Below, piece after piece: positions 20,555-30,012 of a stretch of 64,000 nucleotides of DNA. Source of the DNA: a bacterium (GTDB taxonomy: Bacteria; Electryoneota; Electryoneia; Electryoneales; Electryoneaceae); assembly GCA_019912845.1 (NCBI GenBank), contig JAIOHU010000287.1, forward strand, positions 8,925 through 72,924, in the 5' to 3' direction. Made by a program: the position numbers and the translations under genes. The notes below the pieces were generated by a model. It saw nothing but the letters and a program-made list of their open reading frames with translations. It was not told the DNA's origin and made no database searches. Position 1 is the first letter of the stretch; each line of letters opens with the position of its first letter.

Positions 20555-22561
20555 TTATTGCCAGGCTTCTGGTCCGCCATACGCACCCATATCATTGCGG
20601 GTGCCATCTGGATCGTTAAACTCTGAATCCGGATTACCTGCATTTTTTCCGGGACTTCCTGCCTGCAGACGGAAATTGCCATTTTCAGCATCTACAAACC
20701 TGGGTTCTTCAAGCAGATTTATCGTATCGTCCCAGTCAAACCCACGGATGAAATTACCAGTCTCTGCCCGGCTGGAATAAACCGTACTGTACAGCAATGT
20801 GGGGCGAGCCGACACTTGCGCATCTACACCATACGAAAATTCATTGAAAATACAATTGGAAATTGTCGGTTTCGATGAATTGCTTACGCGAACCGCATGA
20901 CTGTTTGGACCATATATCGTAAAGTTGTTGATTACCGGGTTGGACAGTTCTTTAATAACCAGACCGCTTACATGTGCATTATAGATTAACACATTGTTCA
21001 TCACCGGATTACTGTTCAGCTCAAGCTGAACACCATAACCATCGATATTCGATATTATCGCACGAGTAACATCAGGGCTGGAGTTCAAATGACAATACAT
21101 TCCAATTACGCCAGCTGATTCAATCGTAAGGTCTTCAATAGTGGGACGAGCGCCATCAACAAGATACAGACCAACATTGTAAGAATTTCTGATTGTTACA
21201 TTTTTCAACTCAGGTGAACAACCATTCAAGCTTAATGCACCAAGAAAATGAGGAGCCGCGATATCGTCCGTAGAACCATGCTCGATGATAACATTGTGCA
21301 ATCTTGAATTATTGCTCGCACCATCAAGAAGGATCTGTTTCCAATCAGCACGTTTTGGGTTTTCCCTGCCGCTGGTAAACACGATAGGACGATTCTCCGT
21401 ACCCTCTGCGATGATTGTGCCGTAAACATTAAAAGTAAAACGTTCAATAAACCGAATTGTTACACCCGGATCGATAATCAGTGTATCACCTTCCTGCACC
21501 TCAACATCACAGGTTACATTATAAAACTCAAAATCATTCCGCAGATGAAGACGGCTTCCAACAAGAGTATGCGTCAGTTCATTCTCAGCCTGGAAATGCG
21601 GTAATGCGCCAACATCCGCTACTGTACCATCAGGATCAGCAGGGTCGTTCGGATCACCTTTGTCGATCGCTCCACTACACGGATGCAAACGATAATCCCC
21701 TGCTTCCACATCATAAAACTCTGGATTAAGGGAAACATCATTTTCCACATTTTCCAGCAAACCAAGCGGGAGATAATCCAAGGAGACGTTATTCCAGATA
21801 TCGTTATAGGCAATGGTCGCGGTCAGATTACTCGATCTGGCTCTAATACCAGAGTCATCGTTTTCTACCACGATGTTGTTGGTAATTGTCGCATTACCAT
21901 ACATACCTGCCAGGTTCGGTTCAATACGAATACCGTTGAATGAATTATTGGTGATGGTGTTATAGCTTATAACTGGATCAGATTCACCAATGATGTTGAT
22001 ACCATCATATCCCGCATTGTCGATAATGCAGCGGGTTATTGTAGGTGAACAGTCCAGGATTGTAATTGCACCACGATGCAGAATCGTGTCTATATAGGCG
22101 ATATTGTTCTCGTCATACGCACGTGTGGTGTCTTGAATTAAATTATACTTTGAAGCATAAGTAACCTGCACGTATTCCAGAATCGAGGTGTCATCTGCAT
22201 CCAGAAGCCAGATTCCACGCCAATCTCCTCTTCCCTTCGGATTCAGGTTGGAAGTGAAATGGATAAAGTTATCCTCGGTTCCTCTAGCAACCAGCTCGCC
22301 TTTGACCTCAAATGGGAAGAAGCCATTCGCATAGATTTCTACACCTGCATCTATGATCAGTGATTCTCCTTCGGGGACAAGAACCGCGTCGGTCATCACA
22401 TAAGGGCTGTTACCCGCAGAAAGCACACCGGAAACATTTCCATGCAATGATGTTTTATCACCACCACTCGACACCGGATCATCTTCGGTATCACAACCGA
22501 TGAAACCAATAGCTATGGTCAGGATGATGGATATCTGTATGAGCCTGTTCAACAACTTCAT
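20555..22561 (-). CDS. Beta-helix (PbH1-repeat) lipoprotein, a possible polysaccharide lyase or surface glycan-binding protein
   Basis: The lipoprotein signal is MKLLNRLIQISIILTIAIGFIGC followed by DTEDDP. There are two runs of parallel beta-helix repeats (..TITNNIVVENDDSGIRARSS..IAYNDIWNN..; ..NVLIYNAHVSGLVIKELSNPVINNFTIYG..). It ends in ..GAYGGPEAWQ with no T9SS tail, the same GxYGGP motif that follows the beta-helix in the 1417-aa protein. Confidence 0.6.
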   Translation of the reverse strand: MKLLNRLIQISIILTIAIGFIGCDTEDDPVSSGGDKTSLHGNVSGVLSAGNSPYVMTDAVLVPEGESLIIDAGVEIYANGFFPFEVKGELVARGTEDNFIHFTSNLNPKGRGDWRGIWLLDADDTSILEYVQVTYASKYNLIQDTTRAYDENNIAYIDTILHRGAITILDCSPTITRCIIDNAGYDGINIIGESDPVISYNTITNNSFNGIRIEPNLAGMYGNATITNNIVVENDDSGIRARSSNLTATIAYNDIWNNVSLDYLPLGLLENVENDVSLNPEFYDVEAGDYRLHPCSGAIDKGDPNDPADPDGTVADVGALPHFQAENELTHTLVGSRLHLRNDFEFYNVTCDVEVQEGDTLIIDPGVTIRFIERFTFNVYGTIIAEGTENRPIVFTSGRENPKRADWKQILLDGASNNSRLHNVIIEHGSTDDIAAPHFLGALSLNGCSPELKNVTIRNSYNVGLYLVDGARPTIEDLTIESAGVIGMYCHLNSSPDVTRAIISNIDGYGVQLELNSNPVMNNVLIYNAHVSGLVIKELSNPVINNFTIYGPNSHAVRVSNSSKPTISNCIFNEFSYGVDAQVSARPTLLYSTVYSSRAETGNFIRGFDWDDTINLLEEPRFVDAENGNFRLQAGSPGKNAGNPDSEFNDPDGTRNDMGAYGGPEAWQ

Positions 22562-22579
22562 TGTACCCTATCTCCCTGT

Positions 22580-25500
22580 CTAGAATTCAAAGCCGATTTT
22601 AAGCAGGATCTGACGACCCGGGCTGTAATTACGTGGATTTGCATCATAAGCAAAACGATCAATAAATGGATTATAGTCTGGATTCAATGGATGGACTGCG
22701 TAAATAGGACTACCAGTCTCAGCGTAAACACTACGCCAGTTTCTCTTATCCCAGACATTTCGAACCTCGACACCAAGAATCGCTTTCAAGGATCCAATAT
22801 CGAAGTACTTTTCGAGTTTAACATCAGTAGTTTCAGTCCAGGGCATACGCTCTGAATTCTCGAGAATCAGGTTTGGATTGATCCCTGTTGTGTATTCAGA
22901 TGGAGTATATGGCCGTCCAGAACCAAACTGCCACTGCATGGTCAACAACCAGTAATCCGGCAGACGGAAACCGAATAAGTATGGATGCTCACCCTTCTGG
23001 TACATCATCGCCCAGTTGAAGGTGACACGATGGGTTTCATCCCAGTCCAATGGATGCTCATCAAAGTTAACCGGAACATTCAATGAACGTCTCTCAAATT
23101 CAGCGTTCGCTGAAGAAGCTTTTCCAAAAGCGTAGGAAAAGTCATAGTTCAACGACATCTGGTAATGATTGTTGAAATTTTTATCCAGCTTCATTTCCAG
23201 TCCACGAGCACGACCATAATCAAGGTTTACGTAACGATAAATTGTAATCGGACCCACTTTTTCCGCAACAGTCGAGATCAGGTTATACATATCACGGTAA
23301 TAACCTGCGATCTGGAACGATACATCATCAGTAACCTGGGTATGAACACCTAGTTCGTAGGTAACGGTCTTTTCAAAGTCAAGATTTGGATTTCCTACAG
23401 TACCCTGATCAAGATTTGTGGTAGTTGATTTATAATAGTAGATGAAAGATGGAGTCTGGTAAAAGTGACCGTAGTTGAAATACATCTTAGAACGTTCAGT
23501 GATCGGGTGACTGATACCGAGACGAGGTGCGAATTGGAAATTACCTTTTTCCGCCAGTTTCGCCGCGGGTTCACCCGCTTCAAAACGTCGACGTTGTTCA
23601 TCAACTACAGCCTGGTCATGGACAACGAAGTCAGTACGCAGACCAGCCTGAACGATCAATCCCTCGAATTCCATCTTATCCTGGACATAAACTGCACCCT
23701 GCCAGGGTTTGTACTCCCAGAAATCTCGAACATCACCACGGTCTGAATAGGGTTGTTCATTGCCCACAGACGCTTCACCAGTGTAAGGCTGATCCGGGCT
23801 CTGGATTTCTTCCTGCGACATAATCCGGTACTTAAGTTCGGTACCAGCTTTTAATTCATGGAATGTATGTACCTGGCTCTGCCACGAGAACTTGAAAGTA
23901 TACTCTTCGGTGCGACGGCGTGACCAGATAGCCGCATTGTCCCAACGCCCCGGATTCAGGAAGTAGTCGATGTTGTTCCAACGGTTGTTGCCGTTATAAT
24001 CGACGTAATTCTCTTCACCTTCATCATACTGGAAATTCGGCACATTAAAACGCGGGTTATTTTCATCGTGAACTGTTCGGTTTGACCAGGTACTGTGCAG
24101 TTGATCGTAAGCAAGATAATCACTGTAAACCCATTCACTGCCATGATTACCTGTCTCCCACCATCTATCTTCCCACGTATACAATACTGGAAGACGTTGT
24201 GTCGATCCTTCATTGACTACAGGGTTGAATTGAGTAAACAGCTCATATTCATCAAAAATACCGTTTGGTGGGTCATATTTACCATTCAGAGTCGGGGTTA
24301 CAGTAAGTTCGTAACCCAACTGATCACCAAACTCATTTATAAGGCTGGTGCCATCTGATGAGGGCAGATCATAGAAAGGTTCGCCTGGATCCCAGCGACC
24401 ATTGTATTCGCCGGTTAACGGATCACGTAAATCAATGAACGGCTCACCTGTATCATTATAAATATCACCATCATAAAACGGTTCGGGTTGATCTTCCTGA
24501 GTATTGTCGACCAAGTCTTGACGATCCAACTGTCCATTGCTGTTGGCATCATCATACCCCTCACCATCGTCCTGCCTGCCATTACCATTCAAATCTTTGA
24601 AGGGTTCACCTGGATCCCAGGTGAAGTTTCCGTTCAAATCGGTAAATGGTTCGGTACGATCGAAAACACCATTTCCATTGGCATCCTGGTAACGTTCACC
24701 ATCCCATCTGCCATTGCCGTTCATATCCTGTTCGGCAAGCTGTGGTTCAGCGGGGTTCCAGACACCATCGCCATTCAAGTCTATATAAGGGTCCCAAGGG
24801 TCAAACACGCCGATATTGTTTACACCGGTTACCGGGTCGGCACGGTCTGTCCAGGGCTCAGCGAAATCGTAAACACCATTGCCGTTGAGATCGATCCAGT
24901 CTTCACCACGATCCCACTGACCATTCATGTTCAGATCTTCGTATCCTTCGTTCTCGCCTTCATAAGCCTGGTTTCCATCGTGGTCAAAATATCCGTCGAG
25001 GAAGTTGTTACCATCATTATCGAAACCGAGTTCATCAAATGTTTCACTATGTACAACACCGTCGCCATCTGCATCCTGATCCCAGCGACCGTTATTGTTC
25101 TGATCAATACCAGTAGCGATATTTTCTTCAATCTCATCAACCAGCGTAAATTCGCCCGGATTTTTTCCACGAGGTGAAAGGCTTGCGGTAAGCACCTGAC
25201 GTCCCACAGAGAAGTTCATTACACTTCTGGAGGAGAGCTGATTGGTAAAGTCTATATTAAAGGAGGTTCTGCGATCTTCTGCCTGGGGGCGATGTTCAAG
25301 GTTGTAGAGATATTGCCAGCCATAATTGCCACTGACAAATCCGGCACCATTCGGGTAAACATCGAACACACGTGCTCGTTCCATCATGTAGATTGATACT
25401 TTTTTACCACTACCGAGATCGTATGCCAGCTTCATACTTCCCGACCAGTCGTTGTACTGGCGACGAGGAACATCAAATCCTAGACCAGCATAGTCCTGGC

Positions 25501-26419
25501 TGCCATAATCGAGACCGAGGGGAGTATAGGTGTCGCTGAGTTTCACATTTCCAGTTACATAAAAGGTAATCGGACGATTGAAAAGCATCCCGGTGACAGG
25601 AACAGGGCCACCATAAGCAATATCAACACGATCTTCGTTGAACGAAAAATCATCGAAGACATCATCACTGAAGATATCGGTTGACCAGGCGATTGAACCA
25701 CTATAACCATCAACAGCACCTTCTGGTGTCGTGATGTTGACAATACCCGCAGTCGCATTTCCATATTCCGCAGCCATACCGCCTGTAAGAATCTGGATTT
25801 CCTGGACATTCACCGCAGCAAGGTTGACAGGAAGCACTTCACCAGTAATCGGGTCACGACTATCGATACCATCCACAATAAAACGTGATTCAGTGTCACG
25901 TCCACCACGGATATGAATCTTACCCTCATCGTCGATCTTGAAACCCGGCTCAGCAACAAGAGCTGCTGTAACATCATCGGTGGGCTTCATTGCCAGATCT
26001 TCACCGGAGATTTTGACCTCTTTTGAGGTGACACCGAGGTTTACTTCTGGAGCCTCATAAACCAGGGTAACTTCCCCAAGCTCCAGGGTCTGCTCTTGAA
26101 GTTTAAACTCCAGTTCTGTCGTTTCATCAGAACGGATTTCTACTCCGGTGTATGTAGCTGTGGCAAATCCCAAAGCACTGGCTTTTACAGTATATTCTCC
26201 CGGGGTAACAGCGACAATAAAGAAAACACCGTCCAGGTCTGTCGAAGCACCTTTCGAAGTTCCCTCAATTGTAACATTAGCACCGATAACCGCTTCGCCA
26301 GTTTCAGAGTCTGTCACAATACCTTTGATCTTTCCAGACGACTGAGCAAACGCTGTGGAACCCAGCGAAAGAATGAGCAGTACGAGTAAAACTGAAGACA
26401 ATATTCGAAAAGAACGCAT
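22580..26419 (-). CDS. TonB-dependent outer-membrane receptor (SusC/RagA-like architecture) with a large acidic tandem-repeat insertion
   Basis: The signal peptide is followed by a carboxypeptidase-regulatory-like domain (IKGIVTDSETGEAVIGANVTIEG..DLDGVFFI). The plug domain carries ..IHIRGGRDTE.. and the barrel ends in the terminal motif ..LLKIGFEF. A strong GGAGG ribosome-binding site lies 7 nt upstream. Residues ~438-685 are DxNGNG/WDPGEPF repeats. Confidence 0.7.
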   Translation of the reverse strand: MRSFRILSSVLLVLLILSLGSTAFAQSSGKIKGIVTDSETGEAVIGANVTIEGTSKGASTDLDGVFFIVAVTPGEYTVKASALGFATATYTGVEIRSDETTELEFKLQEQTLELGEVTLVYEAPEVNLGVTSKEVKISGEDLAMKPTDDVTAALVAEPGFKIDDEGKIHIRGGRDTESRFIVDGIDSRDPITGEVLPVNLAAVNVQEIQILTGGMAAEYGNATAGIVNITTPEGAVDGYSGSIAWSTDIFSDDVFDDFSFNEDRVDIAYGGPVPVTGMLFNRPITFYVTGNVKLSDTYTPLGLDYGSQDYAGLGFDVPRRQYNDWSGSMKLAYDLGSGKKVSIYMMERARVFDVYPNGAGFVSGNYGWQYLYNLEHRPQAEDRRTSFNIDFTNQLSSRSVMNFSVGRQVLTASLSPRGKNPGEFTLVDEIEENIATGIDQNNNGRWDQDADGDGVVHSETFDELGFDNDGNNFLDGYFDHDGNQAYEGENEGYEDLNMNGQWDRGEDWIDLNGNGVYDFAEPWTDRADPVTGVNNIGVFDPWDPYIDLNGDGVWNPAEPQLAEQDMNGNGRWDGERYQDANGNGVFDRTEPFTDLNGNFTWDPGEPFKDLNGNGRQDDGEGYDDANSNGQLDRQDLVDNTQEDQPEPFYDGDIYNDTGEPFIDLRDPLTGEYNGRWDPGEPFYDLPSSDGTSLINEFGDQLGYELTVTPTLNGKYDPPNGIFDEYELFTQFNPVVNEGSTQRLPVLYTWEDRWWETGNHGSEWVYSDYLAYDQLHSTWSNRTVHDENNPRFNVPNFQYDEGEENYVDYNGNNRWNNIDYFLNPGRWDNAAIWSRRRTEEYTFKFSWQSQVHTFHELKAGTELKYRIMSQEEIQSPDQPYTGEASVGNEQPYSDRGDVRDFWEYKPWQGAVYVQDKMEFEGLIVQAGLRTDFVVHDQAVVDEQRRRFEAGEPAAKLAEKGNFQFAPRLGISHPITERSKMYFNYGHFYQTPSFIYYYKSTTTNLDQGTVGNPNLDFEKTVTYELGVHTQVTDDVSFQIAGYYRDMYNLISTVAEKVGPITIYRYVNLDYGRARGLEMKLDKNFNNHYQMSLNYDFSYAFGKASSANAEFERRSLNVPVNFDEHPLDWDETHRVTFNWAMMYQKGEHPYLFGFRLPDYWLLTMQWQFGSGRPYTPSEYTTGINPNLILENSERMPWTETTDVKLEKYFDIGSLKAILGVEVRNVWDKRNWRSVYAETGSPIYAVHPLNPDYNPFIDRFAYDANPRNYSPGRQILLKIGFEF
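24365..25110 (-). repeat. In-frame tandem repeats encoding calcium-binding-like D-x-N-G-N-G / WDxGEPFxD units inside the TonB-dependent receptor
   Basis: Translated examples include ..IDLNGNGVYDFAEPWTD.., ..IDLNGDGVWNPAEPQ.., ..DMNGNGRWDGERYQD.., ..DANGNGVFDRTEPFTD.., ..DLNGNFTWDPGEPFKD.., ..DLNGNGRQDDGEGYDD.., ..ANSNGQLDRQD.. and ..YNGRWDPGEPFYD... The periodic Asp/Asn/Gly pattern resembles thrombospondin-type-3 / EF-like calcium sites. Confidence 0.55.
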
Positions 26420-26624
26420 ATTCTACCTCCCTCCAAGATCCCGTAAGTCAATGGATCATGTAAGGTAAGCTCGCTTGTTTAACAATGGCAAGCCTCAATG
26501 ATTCATGAGGCATTAATAATTTTTACATTTTCTTCACATTTTGACTCTGCATTTCAGTCATAACACAAGAGATGAAATGCGTGTTGCTGTTCATCAATTG
26601 AGCTAAAATCACCGAAATAAGAAA

Positions 26625-26668
26625 ATCTATGTAAAAAACAGGCTGCCTGAAACTTGCCAGGCAGCCTG
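26625..26668 (-). terminator. Rho-independent terminator of icd
   Basis: The stem CAGGCTGCCTG (26639-26649) pairs with CAGGCAGCCTG (26658-26668) around an 8-nt loop. It lies 12 nt past the icd stop. On the minus strand it is followed by TGTTTTTTACAT. Confidence 0.6.
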
Positions 26669-26679
26669 ACTGTAATCAA

Positions 26680-27999
26680 CTACATGTTTTCTATAATTGC
26701 GGAAGCGTATTCAGAGGTCTTCAATTTGGTTGCGCCTTCCATCTGGCGATGAAGATCATAAGTAACACGTTTCTGGTCAATTGTTTTCTCAAGAGCGGAA
26801 TAGATTTTCGCAGTTACTTCATCCCAACCCATATATTCAAACATCATCGCGCCGGAAAGCACGAGTGATCCTGGGTTGATAACATCTTTATCCGCATATT
26901 TTGGAGCGGTACCGTGTGTCGCTTCAAAGAGACCGATATAATCACCAATATTCGCACCCGGTGCCATTCCGAGTCCACCGACCATTGCCGCACCAGCATC
27001 GGAGATGTAATCACCGTTCAGGTTTGGCGTTACAACTACTGAATACTCTGAAGGTCGGGTTTGAATCTGCTGGAACATACTATCGGCGATACGATCCTTT
27101 ACGACGATTCTGCCATTGGGATCGCCCGCAGGTTTGCCACCGCGCAAATCAGCAAATGCACCTGGTTTGGAAATGGGCGTAACGCCATCTTCGGCGACTG
27201 TTTCATCCCACAACTCAGCCTCGGTGATAACATGGTCACGATACTCTTCAACGGCAGTTTCATATCCCCACGTCTTGAAAGCACCTTCGGTAAACTTCAT
27301 GATATTACCTTTGTGCATGAAGGTTACACTCGGCAGACCTTTATCGATCGCCCACTGAATCGCTTTACGAGTTAATTGTTTTGTCGCGGTCGGGCTGATC
27401 GGTTTTATCCCGATACCGGAATCGTCGCGAATCTGAGTTTTCCCATAATCTTCTTTGAGAATTTTGATAAGCCTTGCCGCTTCAGTTGATCCGCTTTCAA
27501 ATTCAACACCAGAATACACATCTTCGGTATTCTCACGGAAAATGATCATATCCATTTCTTGGGCACGAAGTGACGGGCTGGGGACACCCTCAAAGAATCG
27601 AACCGGACGTACACATGCGTACAGGTTTAATACCTGGCGCAGGGTTACATTCAAGCTACGGAATCCACCGCCCACAGGAGTGGTTAGTGGTCCTTTAATA
27701 GCCACAAAATATTCACGGATGGCGTCGAAAGTCTCTTCAGGCATCCATGTATTCCCACCATATACATCGAGAGCTTTTTCACCGGCGTATACTTCCATCC
27801 AGTGAATTTTGCGTGCTCCACCGTAAGCTTTCTCAACTGCAGCGTCAAAGATACGCTGCGACGCTTTCCAGATGTCGCGCCCTGTGCCATCACCTTCGAT
27901 GAAAGGGATGATCGGGTTATCGGGAATTGAGAGCTTCCCATCTTGCACTGTGATCTGCTGGCCTTCCGCCGGCACGACAATCTTGTCAAACTCAGCCAT
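26680..27999 (-). CDS. icd: NADP-dependent isocitrate dehydrogenase (homodimeric prokaryotic type)
   Basis: The N-terminus [25 protein letters not shown] and the motifs ..[22 protein letters not shown].. and ..[27 protein letters not shown].. are hallmark blocks of the E. coli-type enzyme. The length of 439 aa is appropriate. Confidence 0.9.
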   Translation of the reverse strand: MAEFDKIVVPAEGQQITVQDGKLSIPDNPIIPFIEGDGTGRDIWKASQRIFDAAVEKAYGGARKIHWMEVYAGEKALDVYGGNTWMPEETFDAIREYFVAIKGPLTTPVGGGFRSLNVTLRQVLNLYACVRPVRFFEGVPSPSLRAQEMDMIIFRENTEDVYSGVEFESGSTEAARLIKILKEDYGKTQIRDDSGIGIKPISPTATKQLTRKAIQWAIDKGLPSVTFMHKGNIMKFTEGAFKTWGYETAVEEYRDHVITEAELWDETVAEDGVTPISKPGAFADLRGGKPAGDPNGRIVVKDRIADSMFQQIQTRPSEYSVVVTPNLNGDYISDAGAAMVGGLGMAPGANIGDYIGLFEATHGTAPKYADKDVINPGSLVLSGAMMFEYMGWDEVTAKIYSALEKTIDQKRVTYDLHRQMEGATKLKTSEYASAIIENM

Positions 28000-28225
28000 T
28001 TCTCTGCTGCCTCCGCATCAATTTTGATCCCAATTGTTCATGATTAGCACTTTCGAGCTAGTGAACTTAGTGAAAAAAGGAAGCAAGCGCAATTTGTCCC
28101 AATGGACTTGTGTTACACGTGATAAGTGTATCAAACCATCTTTCCAGATTTTGTAATTATTGAATTTAGGTGGTAAAAAGGAGGACGTGACTCCGATCAC
28201 AATATCTTTTCACAGGTGCCTCCAG

Positions 28226-28288
28226 AGAAAAACCCTGAAAGAAACGGAGTTGTGTTATTTTTCAACTCTTCCGGCTCTTTCAGGGTTT
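28226..28288. other. Orphan long inverted repeat / hairpin in the icd-gltP intergenic region (possible small-RNA or leader element)
   Basis: GAAAAACCCTGAAAGA (28226-28241) pairs with TCTTTCAGGGTTTT (28275-28288), a 13-14-bp stem. An inner near-stem GGAGTTG/CAACTCT is also present. T-runs follow on both strands. No convergent gene requires a terminator here. Confidence 0.3.
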
Positions 28289-28673
28289 TGCGACTGGTAC
28301 CCGTGCAATGATCTCATAATCGACCTTGAACTTCGTAATGGCGCAGGTGTTTGCTGCACACTCCCACCCCATTCAAAATTCTCCCTCGTTTCTCCACGCA
28401 TTAGTTACAATTTACTGAACAAGATAACAGCAAGCAAGCACTATTTTACTTGTGAAAGAGGATGAACACCATCAAGAGTAGCAGTTTACCTTGATATACT
28501 TCCTCAATTACGATTTCACTCGGCTTTTATCTTATTCTCAGTTTTAACAATTTGTTCTTTGATTTTCAACTACTATATTTGCTTTTCATGTAGTTGCGAA
28601 TGTTTCCTGTTTTTACAACAGATAAAACCTAAGCGCGTCACAGCCTCACACCTGCAGCAACCAGGGAGTTTTT

Positions 28674-29948
28674 ATGCCGCAACGAAAGACGCTTGGTCTT
28701 ACCGCCTGGATTTTAATTGGATTAGGTGCCGGGATAATTGTCGGTCTGATTCAATATCTTCTCCTGCCAAAAGAAGCAAATGAAGTAATTATAAAATGGG
28801 TTCATGACCCTCTCGGTAGGATATTCTTAAATGGAATTCGGCTTTTAGTCGTACCCCTTGTGCTGGTTTCGCTTACTCTTGGAACCGCTGCCATTGGCGA
28901 TCTGAACAAACTCGGACGTATTGGTGGCAAAACCATGGGGATTTACCTTTCCACAACAGCCATTGCGATCACTATTGGATTCACCCTCGCTTCACTGATT
29001 CGTCCTGGAACTGGTTTATCCATCCCAATTGAAGGAGGATTTGAAGGAGGTCAAAGCCCCTTCATGATGGATATTTTCGTCAATATCGTACCCACGAATC
29101 CCTTCAGGGCAATGGTCGAAGGCGAGATGCTACAGGTGATCTTCGTGGCAATTATGGCTGGTCTTGCCATTGCATCAATGCCCAATCGTTCCAAACCATT
29201 GGTAAAGGTTCTTGAATCTGCAGATCACATCATTCAAAAGATGGTGGGTATGATCATGCTGTTTGCTCCGATTGGTGTTTTCGGTCTGATTGCGGAGGTG
29301 ATTGCGGGTGAAGGTCTGGCGGTGTTTGTACCCTTGTTGAAATATATGGGATGCGTTGTGGGTGCTTTATTCATTCATGCCTTCATTATATATCCAGCCT
29401 ATCTTTTCATGTTTACCAAACTCAATCCGATTCGATTTTTCGCAAACATCTACCCCGCCATGATTGTTGCGTTTTCCACAAGTTCATCAAATGCTTCCCT
29501 GCCAGTAACCATGAGTGTTGCTGAAAAGCGTTTAGGCGCAAAAGAATCAGTCTATTCCTTCACATTACCTCTTGGTGCCACGATCAACATGGACGGCACC
29601 GCGATCATGCAGGGTGTAGCTACTGTGTTTATCGCGAATGTTTATGGCATTGACCTGACCATCGGAAACTTTCTCAGCGTCGTCCTCATGGCAACCCTCG
29701 CCAGTATAGGAACTGCCGGGGTACCGGGGGTTGGTTTGATCATGCTTTCAATGGTACTGGCGGAAATCGGATTGCCGTTGGAAGGCATCGGCATTATTCT
29801 CGGGGTGGATCGTCTCCTGGATATGACGCGTACCGCGATTAACATCAGCGGTGACCTGATGGCTACTACAGTAGTTGCAAAAAGCGAGAATGAGTTTGAT
29901 GAGGAGCTGTTTTACGCGAAAAACAAACGTGAAGATGAGGACGAGTAA
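28674..29948 (+). CDS. Dicarboxylate/amino-acid:cation symporter (DAACS family, GltP/DctA-like)
   Basis: The 424-aa protein has about 8 TM segments plus re-entrant loops. The family blocks ..FFANIYPAMIVAFSTSSSNASLPVTM.. and ..GATINMDGTAIMQGVATVFIANVYG.. are present. A GGGAG ribosome-binding site lies 5 nt upstream of ATG 28674. Confidence 0.8.
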   Translation: MPQRKTLGLTAWILIGLGAGIIVGLIQYLLLPKEANEVIIKWVHDPLGRIFLNGIRLLVVPLVLVSLTLGTAAIGDLNKLGRIGGKTMGIYLSTTAIAITIGFTLASLIRPGTGLSIPIEGGFEGGQSPFMMDIFVNIVPTNPFRAMVEGEMLQVIFVAIMAGLAIASMPNRSKPLVKVLESADHIIQKMVGMIMLFAPIGVFGLIAEVIAGEGLAVFVPLLKYMGCVVGALFIHAFIIYPAYLFMFTKLNPIRFFANIYPAMIVAFSTSSSNASLPVTMSVAEKRLGAKESVYSFTLPLGATINMDGTAIMQGVATVFIANVYGIDLTIGNFLSVVLMATLASIGTAGVPGVGLIMLSMVLAEIGLPLEGIGIILGVDRLLDMTRTAINISGDLMATTVVAKSENEFDEELFYAKNKREDEDE

Positions 29949-30012
29949 GGTTTTTCAGGTTCATCAAATCGGCACTAAAAACTTAGCTAAATAAATAAAT
30001 TTCACACAGGGA

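Noticed and set aside
24488-25177. 229-aa plus-strand ORF
   Set aside because: It lies antisense to the tandem-repeat region of the TonB-dependent receptor. The open frame is produced by the repetitive Asp/Asn/Gly codons. The Ile/Val/Thr-rich translation is of low complexity, with no start context.
28160-28465. 101-aa ORF spanning the 28226-28288 hairpin
   Set aside because: It has a TTG start without a convincing ribosome-binding-site spacing. The ORF is threaded through a long inverted repeat and T-runs. The structured non-coding element is more parsimonious.
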